Assembly: GCA_016186325.1 (NCBI GenBank)
Contig: JACPLW010000013.1
Coordinates: 1-15,016 of the forward strand
DNA length: 15,016 nucleotides
Source of the DNA: Parcubacteria group bacterium
GTDB lineage: Bacteria > Patescibacteriota > Minisyncoccia > UBA10092
Direction: 5' to 3'
The notes below the pieces were generated by a model, which was not told the origin of the DNA, did not search any database, and was given only the letters and a program-made list of their open reading frames with translations. The position numbers and the translations under genes were made by a program. Below are positions 1 through 7,626 of this stretch, one piece after another; positions within the stretch are counted from its first letter, which is position 1; every line of letters starts with the position of its first letter.

Positions 1-66
1 GCCGCGACGGATGAATCAACGCCGCCACTCATTGCTATAAACACCCTTCGACTACGCTCGGGATAA
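1..66 (+). CDS. Possible 3' end of an unidentified plus-strand CDS entering from the window edge (partial)
   Basis: Frame 1 is open from base 1 to TAA at 64-66. The first ~60 nt are clearly GC-richer than the AT-rich intergenic sequence that follows. No recognisable motif, so identity unknown. Confidence 0.2.
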   Translation, partial: AATDESTPPLIAINTLRLRSG

Positions 67-160
67 ACTTTTTTCTTTTCTTGACTTTTCATAATTAAAA
101 TATTGTAGTATATAAATTATCTTTAATCAATAAAATAAAAAATCTCATAGTAAATGTAAA

Positions 161-181
161 ACCCCCGTTTCGTGGGGGTTT
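161..181. terminator. Bidirectional rho-independent terminator hairpin, 12 nt downstream of the nrdJ stop
   Basis: aaaaCCCCCgtttcgtGGGGGttt: a 5-bp G/C stem (162-166 pairs with 174-178) and 7-nt loop, flanked by an A-run on one side and a T-run on the other. It can therefore terminate transcripts from either strand. The nrdJ stop is at 190-192 on the minus strand. Confidence 0.7.
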
Positions 182-189
182 ATTAATTC

Positions 190-2625
190 TTAGCAAGTAC
201 TGTAGTCGCAACTGCTGCAGCGAGTACAGCCTTCTTGATAAATAATGGTATTCTGTTTGCACTTGGGACAACGATTACCGCTAAATCCAACGCTTTCTTC
301 GTGTTTTTGATCGAAAACGGATTTTTCTTCCGATTTCTCAATATCAGAAACAAAACCAAAGCGCACAAGATAAACATCAATTGCTTTGCTGATGCCGTCG
401 GCAAGTGAAGTAACTTTGTCTTTACCGAAGCCGGAAACTCGGCTTCCACCAATTCCTTTAAGCTGGTCCTTAAGCTGAACTAGCCTCTCCACGGCCGATT
501 TCGGAGAATCGAGCCGCAAAAATGACGAAGCCAGACGTCCGATTGCTTCGGCATCGGCTGCGGCATCGGTACCGGCTTTGGCAACATTGACAAAAAGTTC
601 AAATGGCTCGCTCGAGCCGGCCTCCGAATCAAAATTAATGGTGATGAAAGCAGCGCCATCAGGCGTATCCATTCTGATTGTTGAACCTAAAACCAATTTG
701 GGACGCGATTTGATGAAATCTCGCGATTTTTTACTTTCGTCTTTTTTCCCAACGCCAACAGATAAGACTCCGCCTTTGCAACCATCGCGAAAAACGGTAA
801 CACCAAGACAACCGAGTTCGTAAGCCATCCAATAAGCCTTCTCGATATCGGCCGGAGTGGCCGAATTCGGAAGATTGATGGTTTTAGAAACTCCATTATC
901 GGTGTTTTTCTGGAAAGCCGCCTGAATTCTTACGTGCCATTCTGGCGCAATTTCGTGAGTAGTGACAAAAACTTTTTTAACCTCTTCCGGAATTCCATCT
1001 AAATCGCCGATATGGCCTCGATTTTTCACCTCGTCCATAAGAGTCTGGGAATAAAAACCCCGTTCCTTGGCAACTTCAATAAATCTCTTAAATCCCGGCT
1101 GAATACGATGAAGAATTCTGTCTTCGAACCGATGGATTTCGGTTAATCCGAAATAAGGTTCAACTCCTCCGGAACATCCAGCAAGAATCCTAATCTCTCC
1201 AGTCGGAGCAATAGTTGTAACCGTGCAGTTCCTTATAGGTTCCTCGTCTTTATAAATGCTTTGATCCCAGAGAGGAAACGGTCCTCGTTTGACGGCTAAA
1301 CGTCTTGATTCGCGATGGCCCATTTTATTGACAAAAGCAGAAACTTCTTCCGCCATCCGACAAGCGTCATCAGACGCATATGGCACATCAAGATATGCCA
1401 GCATATCTGCCCAACCCATCACTCCAAGACCTATGCGCCGAATTTTATGAGCCAAATCAGTGATTTGAGGTAGTGGGTAAGGATTTAGCTCAATTACGTT
1501 GTCTAAAAAGTGAACCGCCAATTCGGTCGATTTTTTCAGGTTTTCCCAATCGACTAGATAACCGGAACCTTCTTTATAAACGAAATTTGCGAGATTAAGC
1601 GAACCAAGATTGCAAACGTCAAAATCAAACAGCGGCTGCTCTCCGCAGGGATTAGTGGCATTAATGGTCTTAAGAGCCGGAATCGGATTTGCCCGTCCGG
1701 CGTTAGTTCGATCAATAAACCACAATCCGGGATCGCCAGTTTCCCACGCCATATTCACAATCATTTCGAAAACTTCCCTAGCCTTAAGTCGTCCGACAAC
1801 TTTTCCATCTTGAGGATCAATCAAATCGTATTCGGTGTTTTCACGGACTGCCTTCATAAATACATCGGTTGCTGCGACAGAAATATTAAAGTTAGCAATC
1901 TGGGTCGCTAAAAGGGATTTTCTAAGCAGTTCTAATGCATAACTGCTGTACAGATATTCTTTGATTCCTTCATAAGTAGCTTTGTTTTTTCCAGTCAAAG
2001 TGCTTTTGCTTCGGATAAAATCCAAAATATCCGGATGGTGAACATTCATAACCGCCATATTGGCGCCTCGACGCATACCGCCCTGCTTAACATGTTCGGT
2101 AGAAGTATTGAATACTTCAAGGAAAGAAAGCGGGCCGGAAGAACGGCCGCGAGTCGACTTTACTAATGCGTTTTTCGGACGCAGTGAAGAAAACGAGAAT
2201 CCGGTTCCACCGCCAGATTTGTGGATTATCGCCTGCCACTTAATGGCGTCGTATATTTCATCCATGGAATCTTCAATCGGTAGAACAAAACACGCGGAAA
2301 ATTGTAGTCCATTACCGGTACCGGCGTTGTAAATCGTCGGAGCGTTAGGGAAGAATTTTCGTTCGGCCATAAGACTATAAAATTCCCTAGCTAAAGCGAT
2401 GATTTCTTCTTCAGAGTGGCCGAATTTCTTATCAGCCGAGGCGATGAAATAAGCGACTCGCCAACACATCCCTTCTACGGTTTCCGTAACTTGTCCGTCT
2501 TTGTCTCGCCTCAAATATCGTTCGTTGATAAGCTTTATAGCATCTTCAGTCCATTCACACTTAACCAAGTCGTCCGGCATAACCGCAATAGTAACCTTCT
2601 TTTGCTGTATCATTCTCGCCTCCAT
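190..2625 (-). CDS. nrdJ: Class II (adenosylcobalamin-dependent) ribonucleoside-diphosphate/triphosphate reductase, monomeric NrdJ type
   Basis: 811-aa ORF. The RNR active-site motif NPCGEQPL (radical Cys) is present. The C-terminal tail has a Cys cluster CPKC...CTRCSSC, typical of the thioredoxin-interacting/zinc tail of class II RNRs. The overall length fits NrdJ. The better start is probably M5 at 2613, because GGAGG lies 5 nt upstream of it (atGGAGGcgagaATG); the ORF-track start at 2625 has no SD. Confidence 0.88.
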   Translation of the reverse strand: MEARMIQQKKVTIAVMPDDLVKCEWTEDAIKLINERYLRRDKDGQVTETVEGMCWRVAYFIASADKKFGHSEEEIIALAREFYSLMAERKFFPNAPTIYNAGTGNGLQFSACFVLPIEDSMDEIYDAIKWQAIIHKSGGGTGFSFSSLRPKNALVKSTRGRSSGPLSFLEVFNTSTEHVKQGGMRRGANMAVMNVHHPDILDFIRSKSTLTGKNKATYEGIKEYLYSSYALELLRKSLLATQIANFNISVAATDVFMKAVRENTEYDLIDPQDGKVVGRLKAREVFEMIVNMAWETGDPGLWFIDRTNAGRANPIPALKTINATNPCGEQPLFDFDVCNLGSLNLANFVYKEGSGYLVDWENLKKSTELAVHFLDNVIELNPYPLPQITDLAHKIRRIGLGVMGWADMLAYLDVPYASDDACRMAEEVSAFVNKMGHRESRRLAVKRGPFPLWDQSIYKDEEPIRNCTVTTIAPTGEIRILAGCSGGVEPYFGLTEIHRFEDRILHRIQPGFKRFIEVAKERGFYSQTLMDEVKNRGHIGDLDGIPEEVKKVFVTTHEIAPEWHVRIQAAFQKNTDNGVSKTINLPNSATPADIEKAYWMAYELGCLGVTVFRDGCKGGVLSVGVGKKDESKKSRDFIKSRPKLVLGSTIRMDTPDGAAFITINFDSEAGSSEPFELFVNVAKAGTDAAADAEAIGRLASSFLRLDSPKSAVERLVQLKDQLKGIGGSRVSGFGKDKVTSLADGISKAIDVYLVRFGFVSDIEKSEEKSVFDQKHEESVGFSGNRCPKCKQNTIIYQEGCTRCSSCDYSTC

Positions 2626-2658
2626 TTTTATGCTGTAAAAGATCTAAAAAGTAAAAAA

Positions 2659-2686
2659 AGTATAGCATAAAGAAATTTTTGGTCAA
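2659..2686 (-). promoter_or_regulatory. Sigma70-like promoter for nrdJ (TTGACC-16 nt-TATACT on the minus strand)
   Basis: The reverse complement of 2681-2686 (ggtcaa) is TTGACC. A 16-nt spacer follows, then the reverse complement of 2659-2664 (agtata) is TATACT. The predicted TSS is about 27 nt upstream of the ATG at 2625. Same architecture as the promoter at 14586-14613. Confidence 0.45.
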
Positions 2687-2788
2687 AATCGTAAAACTGT
2701 GGACAAATCATCGTGAAACATATAACATGGAACACGCAACATGAAACGCAAAAATATTTATGTTACATGTTACGTGTTGCGTGAAACT

Positions 2789-3361
2789 ATGTTATCAATA
2801 AACGACTTACAAAATGGAACATACATCGTTTACGAAAATGCGCCTTACCAGGTTTTGGAAGTGCGCCATCTTCATATAGGGCGCGGCGGTTCCAGTATTC
2901 AAACCAAGCTTAAAAATTTAAAAACCGGCCAGGTTTTGGCGCGCAATTTCAAACCGGCCGATATGTTTGAAGAAGCCGATGTTGAAAAAAGAAAAGTAAA
3001 ATATTTATATAATCATCGAGACGAATACTGGTTTGCGGAAGAAAAAAACGAGAAAAACAGGTTTATAATCAAAGTTGACGTGCTGGGAGATATAATTCAT
3101 TTTCTTAAACCAAATACAATGGTTGAAGCGCTTAATTTCAAAGGAGAAATCTTAACTATTACTCTGCCTATTAAAATGGATTTTAAAGTTATCGAAGCGC
3201 CTCCGGCCACGCGCGGCAACACGGCCCAGGGCGGCACCAAAACCGTCACCATAGAAACCGGCGCTCAAATAGTAGTCCCCTTGTTTGTGAGCGAAGGAGA
3301 CATAATTCGCATCAACACTCAAACGGGAGAATACGTGGAAAGAGTAGAAAAAGGGAAATAA
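2789..3361 (+). CDS. efp: Translation elongation factor P
   Basis: 190 aa from the ATG at 2789 aligns end to end with bacterial EF-P. The N-terminus S-x-NDL-x-G matches E. coli MATYYSNDFRAG, and the C-terminus TQTGEYVERV matches TRSGEYVSRVK. The ORF-track start at 2741 adds 16 residues that have no EF-P counterpart. The loop-tip residue is Arg (HIGRGGSS) rather than Lys. Confidence 0.9.
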   Translation: MLSINDLQNGTYIVYENAPYQVLEVRHLHIGRGGSSIQTKLKNLKTGQVLARNFKPADMFEEADVEKRKVKYLYNHRDEYWFAEEKNEKNRFIIKVDVLGDIIHFLKPNTMVEALNFKGEILTITLPIKMDFKVIEAPPATRGNTAQGGTKTVTIETGAQIVVPLFVSEGDIIRINTQTGEYVERVEKGK

Positions 3362-3433
3362 AAATTAAAAATTTAACATGTTAAGAACCGATCGGAAATT
3401 AAGTTGTCGAATTTTAATTTTCTATTATATCCC

Positions 3434-5083
3434 CTATGTTTTCGGTATTGTCTCTTCCAAGATTTTTTTTAGTCCTTCTGTGTCAACGGTTTTTCTTTCC
3501 CGTTTTGTTTTCTGTAGCGGCGGCATAGTTCTTAAAGGGAAAGAAGATACCGATTTGTTTCCCTCTCTTCCTTTTTCACGCGTTTTTATAAAACAATCTT
3601 TGCAATAAACCGGTCTTTTGCCATCCGGCTTAAAGGGCAACACCGTTCCTTTTTTGCAGAGTTCACAAAATGCTTTAAAAGACTGTACTGTTCCCTGTCT
3701 AACAGGGTCGGACGATATTCCCACCCTTGGCGCGACAGATTTAAACTCCGGCTTTTTTAATTCCGGCAAAAAACCTGTTTCATCAGCTATTTTAACGCCG
3801 GATGCTATTCCTATTTGTTTTTCAACATCGGCAATAGGCGTTCCATACATTTTTCTTGAATATTCTATAATTTCATCTACATAGGAAATTTCCGGTTTAG
3901 GCGATGGAGCAAGAGTGATGGCCGAAAAAGGTCGCGAAGGAACGCCGTCAATCATCAGGCGCAAGTAAATATTATAATTGGGCAGGTTTAAAAGATCTTG
4001 CGCAATAATGTTCGGCCCAAATTGTTTTTCTTCTAAAAATTCCACATCCTCGGCGCCGGTTCTAAAAGCGACAAATGTTCCAACGTTGCCAAAAACCGCG
4101 TCTTTGACCGTAACGTTTTGATCATGAACCAGTTGACCTATATACTGGTTGGTAATAATAAGATTTAAATGATATTTGCGAGCTTCCGATAAAATAGCGG
4201 CAAACGCGTCGGTCACAAAGTTTTGAAATTCGTCAACATAAAGATAAAAGTCCTGGCGGTCTTCTTCCAAAATGTCAACCCGGCTCATAGCAGCCAGCTG
4301 CATTTTAGTTATAAGCATGCCGCCTAAAAGTTTTGAATTATCCTCGCCGATCCGACCCTTAGACAAGTTAATTATAATGATTTTTCTTTCATCCATTGCT
4401 TTTCTAAAATCAAAAGATGAATGCGGCTGGCCGATAATATTTCTAATGATGGTGGCCGAACTAAATTGGCCGATTTTATTTTGAATTGCGGCCGTTGCTT
4501 CCTGTTCATAGCGCTGCTGGTATTGAGCGTATTCTTGAGTCCAAAATGTTTTGATAATCGGGTCGGTAAGCTGATCAACCACCGATTTTCGAAAAATCTT
4601 ATCGGAAAACATTCTATTAACGCCCAAAAGCGTTGAGCCCGGAATTTCAAGAAGGGCTAAAATAGTGTTGTTCAATATATATTCCATTCTTGCCGACCAA
4701 ACATCCGGCCAGATTTTTTTAAAAACTCCCATAAGGCCCGAAGCGACAAGATGGCGCACTTCAGGTTTAACTTTTTCAATAGCGTTAAAAGCAATGGGAT
4801 ACTCCAAGTCCGCGGGATTGAAATAAATTACATCTTTGACTCTTTCTTTAGGAACATACCGCAACAGGCTTTCTGCCATGTCGCCGTGGGGATCAATAAA
4901 ACTAATGCCGTGACCGGTTAAAATATCGGAAATCATCATATTCATTAATAGGGTGGTTTTTCCGGTACCGGTTTGGCCGATGATATACATATGGCGCCGC
5001 CTGTCGTCGGTTTTAATACCAAATTTCCTTCGCTGATTGCGAAAGGTTGTTTCGGCAAAAAATGTTATTTCGCTGTTACTCAT
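3434..5083 (-). CDS. VirD4/TraG/TraD-family (type IV coupling-protein-like) P-loop NTPase with a C-terminal CxxC-x15-CxxC zinc ribbon and a basic tail
   Basis: Walker A GQTGTGKTT is followed by IDPHGD, the DPxGE-type motif seen after the P-loop in TraD/VirD4/TraG ATPases. Walker B is LYVDEF. The N-terminus FFAETTFRNQRRKFGIK is conserved in this family. The C-terminus adds CELCKK...YCKDCF and a K/R-rich tail. The likely start is M39 of the ORF-track protein (ATG at 5083). The 38 upstream codons overlap the palindrome and the stop of the upstream gene. Confidence 0.7.
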   Translation of the reverse strand: MSNSEITFFAETTFRNQRRKFGIKTDDRRRHMYIIGQTGTGKTTLLMNMMISDILTGHGISFIDPHGDMAESLLRYVPKERVKDVIYFNPADLEYPIAFNAIEKVKPEVRHLVASGLMGVFKKIWPDVWSARMEYILNNTILALLEIPGSTLLGVNRMFSDKIFRKSVVDQLTDPIIKTFWTQEYAQYQQRYEQEATAAIQNKIGQFSSATIIRNIIGQPHSSFDFRKAMDERKIIIINLSKGRIGEDNSKLLGGMLITKMQLAAMSRVDILEEDRQDFYLYVDEFQNFVTDAFAAILSEARKYHLNLIITNQYIGQLVHDQNVTVKDAVFGNVGTFVAFRTGAEDVEFLEEKQFGPNIIAQDLLNLPNYNIYLRLMIDGVPSRPFSAITLAPSPKPEISYVDEIIEYSRKMYGTPIADVEKQIGIASGVKIADETGFLPELKKPEFKSVAPRVGISSDPVRQGTVQSFKAFCELCKKGTVLPFKPDGKRPVYCKDCFIKTREKGREGNKSVSSFPLRTMPPLQKTKRERKTVDTEGLKKILEETIPKT

Positions 5084-5100
5084 AATAATGATTTGACTTA

Positions 5101-5149
5101 TATCGATATCGGATATCAATAGTACTATTGATATTCTCCGATATCGATA
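5101..5149. promoter_or_regulatory. 49-bp near-perfect palindrome between the membrane-protein gene stop and the ATPase gene start
   Basis: tatcgatatcggatatcaatagt | actattgatat(tct)ccgatatcgata. That is 23 matched bp on each arm with a 3-nt bulge, centred on AGTACT at 5121-5126. It carries nested ATCGAT and GATATC sub-palindromes. It is not followed by a T-run on either strand, so it is not a canonical intrinsic terminator. Confidence 0.6.
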
Positions 5150-5150
5150 T

Positions 5151-6395
5151 TTACCCGATTGGTAAAGATACGGGCGGTTCGGCTTTTTTAGAATCAACCC
5201 GCCTTAGAGTCGGCGCTTCAACAACAATCACCGGATAATGATAAATTGTGGCCAGTTCTTCAATATTTAAAATAAAATCTTTTTTAGGCCACTTCCTTTT
5301 TATATAACGGCTCATAAATCCGCTCTTTTTTAAATACTCGCGCCGTTTCTTAAAAGGCTGACCGGCTGAAGTGCCGGCTTCGCCGTTTGATTTAAAAGCG
5401 TTTAAATTGACAGTGTTAAACTGTTTAAAAGCGCCATTTACCGCCGCCATATTGGCGCGATTAAAAACATCGCTTCTGGCAATGTAAGCAAAACGAATAC
5501 CGGTTTTAAAGGCCAGCTTTGACATTTTATTCTCTATTGCTTCAACAACCGTCTTTTCTCCCGGAGAAAGATTTGCAGTACTTGTTTTTGATTCTTCTTT
5601 TTTTGCCGCCCCCCATTCTGGATAAACTGCCGGAGCTATCATAAGATTTCTTATAAATTCCTCAAGCCCGCCGAAAATCTTTGTAATCAAACTTTTCTTT
5701 TTTTCAACTTTTTTCCCGACAAGCTTATTTATCGCCTCGACACCTTTTTCTTTCCAGCTTTTTTCGTTGGTCGGTTTCATTAAATATTGGATAAAAATAT
5801 TTTCTCCTGATTTAAGTTTTGAAAGTATTTCAAGAAAAGGCGCCATTGGATCGACCTGCCTTTCTTCCTCCTTTTCTTCAAAAGACAAATAAGTTCTTAT
5901 GGGGTAAAAATCGTCTTTATCTAAAATAAGCTCAGCGCCGCTAATATCGTTGGTTTTAGACGGAACTTTATTGCCCATAGGGCCTGCGTAGTCTAAAACC
6001 TCCAAGATTTCAGCATCCGGATATTGAGCGTGAATTTGCGCTTCAACGAGATTCCTAAATTGTTCCGGAGTTCTTATGAAGAAATAAACCATGCCGTCTA
6101 TGCCTGCGATTTCAAAGCTAAACCATTCCTGGACCTTCCCTTTCCAATATTTGTCTAAAAATTTTATTCCGGTAAGAACTCCGTGAAGGCCGGCAAAAAC
6201 CTGCTCCATCGATTTCGGGGTTTTTTGAATATCTCTGGGAATTTTTATTTCAAGTAAAAGCCAGTTAATTTTTTTTAGGGCCCTACTTTTCAAATACTGG
6301 GTCCAAAGTTCAATAAAAATTGCGATTAAAAATACCGGCAGCCATAACCACCATAAACTCAAAAAAATGACCAGGATTGTATAAAGGATATTCAT
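5151..6395 (-). CDS. Conserved hypothetical protein with an N-terminal membrane anchor and a K/E-rich soluble domain; upstream partner of the VirD4-like ATPase
   Basis: 414-aa ORF. The first ~30 residues are hydrophobic (MNILYTILVIFLSLWWLWLPVFLIAIFIELW). The rest is charged, with LLEIKIPRD, YHYPV and GxF motifs but no enzyme motif I recognise. It lies in the same direction as the ATPase gene and 67 bp upstream of it. Confidence 0.75.
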   Translation of the reverse strand: MNILYTILVIFLSLWWLWLPVFLIAIFIELWTQYLKSRALKKINWLLLEIKIPRDIQKTPKSMEQVFAGLHGVLTGIKFLDKYWKGKVQEWFSFEIAGIDGMVYFFIRTPEQFRNLVEAQIHAQYPDAEILEVLDYAGPMGNKVPSKTNDISGAELILDKDDFYPIRTYLSFEEKEEERQVDPMAPFLEILSKLKSGENIFIQYLMKPTNEKSWKEKGVEAINKLVGKKVEKKKSLITKIFGGLEEFIRNLMIAPAVYPEWGAAKKEESKTSTANLSPGEKTVVEAIENKMSKLAFKTGIRFAYIARSDVFNRANMAAVNGAFKQFNTVNLNAFKSNGEAGTSAGQPFKKRREYLKKSGFMSRYIKRKWPKKDFILNIEELATIYHYPVIVVEAPTLRRVDSKKAEPPVSLPIG

Positions 6396-6493
6396 CCCGT
6401 TAGAAATTTATTATACTATAAAATATAGTTTTAAAACGACAATTACTATACATCTGTGAAATTGGCAAAATGTAAATATATTTCTAACGGGAT
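6394..6493. repeat. 14-bp inverted repeat (atcccgttagaaat / atttctaacgggat) flanking a ~72-bp AT-rich spacer
   Basis: The left arm 6394-6407 overlaps the ATG (6393-6395) of the membrane-protein gene. The right arm 6480-6493 lies ~25 nt past the stop of the sigma-r4 gene. The match is perfect over 14 bp. Confidence 0.4.
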
Positions 6494-6517
6494 TCATTTC
6501 TTAAGAAACCCCTATTT

Positions 6518-7609
6518 TTAAACTAAGAAAAAGCGTCCGTCATCCGATTTTTTAAAGACTTTTTTATTTTGAAGATTGAGTAGAATCGTATTCTCTTTTA
6601 CAAAACGCTTCGATTGGATTGCTTTGACTATTTTTTCTTTAATTAAACCGTCTTTATAATTTTTTAAGAGTGAAATCAATACATCATTCACCGTGCCAGG
6701 CGTATAACCCCAGTCTGACAAAGCATATGTTCCTCTTCCCACCAAAACGAAGCGCGGGTCCTTAATCAGTTCGTTGTGCACGGTTTGAGGATGGGCCAAT
6801 TTGTCAGAAAAAACAGCTTTATTAATCAAATTTGCCACTTCACTAAAATGAAGCGGCTTCTTTTCTTTTTTAAAAACCAAATAGGCCTTATCTTTTACGC
6901 CTTTCGGAGAAATTTCCGGCGAGTGAATTAGACCCCACTGGCCGAAAGGATTTTGAGAAATCTTAGAAGAAAGTTCAAGGTAAGACATGAGGATCTTGTC
7001 ATTATTAGCCAGTCTTAGGCCCGCGTCTTTGTTTAAGGAGGTTAGGGTTTTAAATAGATAATTTCTTGAAACCGGGGTATTTTCTTGATCTAATTTTTTC
7101 TTCAAGGCTTCCAATGCGTTAATGGCATTATTATAACTAAGCGCATCGAGCGCCCAAGCGGCATTATATAATGGCGTTTCTTTAAAATACGAAAAACGTC
7201 CCTTGCCCAAAGCCAAAACAAAATTTATAACATTTTCTCGATTTCTATCTTGGAGAGAAAACAAATTAACCAGTTCTTTTAAGAGGTAATCCTTTCTTCT
7301 TACGCCGCCATATGCTTTAAGATGATTTGCGATAACATCAAACGCCGGCGCTAAAGATTCTAGAACGTTTTTATTGGCGAGCTGTTTTAAACCCAGAACT
7401 TCTATTTGTCTTATGCGCTCTCTGGTAACGCCTTGATTGTGGCCGATAGCCTCGAGAGTTTGGTAAGCTTCTGATTTAAGTCCGAAACGTTTTTCAATTA
7501 CCGCTTTCACACGGGGATTTAAAACCTTTATTATTTCATCCAAACTATTTTTTAAATTTGGGCTGCGCATGTTGTATTCTATTATATTAATAATCTTACA
7601 ATACGCCAA
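6518..7609 (-). CDS. DNA-binding protein with an N-terminal sigma-70 region-4 HTH and a C-terminal HARE-HTH-like motif; putative transcription factor
   Basis: Residues ~30-80 (VIEKRFGL...YQTLEAIGHNQGVTRERIRQIEVLGLKQL) closely match the sigma-70 region 4.2 consensus (RfGL...TLeEvG..fgvTRERIRQIE..AL.KL). Near the C-terminus, DPRFVLVGRGTYALSDWGY resembles the HARE-HTH signature (D-x-RF...G-x-W-x-L). An alternative start is M14 at 7570. Confidence 0.75.
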   Translation of the reverse strand: MAYCKIINIIEYNMRSPNLKNSLDEIIKVLNPRVKAVIEKRFGLKSEAYQTLEAIGHNQGVTRERIRQIEVLGLKQLANKNVLESLAPAFDVIANHLKAYGGVRRKDYLLKELVNLFSLQDRNRENVINFVLALGKGRFSYFKETPLYNAAWALDALSYNNAINALEALKKKLDQENTPVSRNYLFKTLTSLNKDAGLRLANNDKILMSYLELSSKISQNPFGQWGLIHSPEISPKGVKDKAYLVFKKEKKPLHFSEVANLINKAVFSDKLAHPQTVHNELIKDPRFVLVGRGTYALSDWGYTPGTVNDVLISLLKNYKDGLIKEKIVKAIQSKRFVKENTILLNLQNKKVFKKSDDGRFFLV

Positions 7610-7626
7610 TATTGTAAAGTTGTCAA

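Noticed and set aside
83-112. TTGACT-18-TAGTAT promoter-like match on the plus strand upstream of the bidirectional terminator
   Set aside because: It would only produce a ~60-nt transcript ending at the terminator, antisense to nothing. The sequence is AT-rich, so a chance match is likely.
183-452. 89-aa minus-strand ORF at the nrdJ 3' end, with similar small ORFs at 578-823 (+), 687-896 (-), 1610-1813 (+), 2060-2332 (+) and 2416-2670 (+)
   Set aside because: All lie entirely inside the nrdJ coding region in other frames or on the other strand. They have low-complexity translations and no motifs. Spurious.
3395-3422. AU-only hairpin (aaattaa / ttaattt) in the convergent efp / ATPase intergenic gap considered as a terminator
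   Set aside because: The 7-bp all-A/U stem with an 11-nt loop has no flanking U-run on either strand. It is too weak to call. The 8-bp palindrome ccgatcgg at 3388-3395 has no loop either.
3618-4650. Small ORFs antisense to or overlapping the ATPase gene (3618-3884 +, 4272-4484 +, 4372-4650 -, 4421-4636 +)
   Set aside because: They sit inside a well-supported CDS and have no recognisable motifs.
5084-5197. 38-codon N-terminal extension of the ATPase ORF (MILKKPNRPYLYQSGKYRYRRISIV...)
   Set aside because: It overlaps the upstream gene's stop and runs through the 49-bp palindrome. The conserved family N-terminus FFAETTFRNQ begins right after the internal ATG at 5083.
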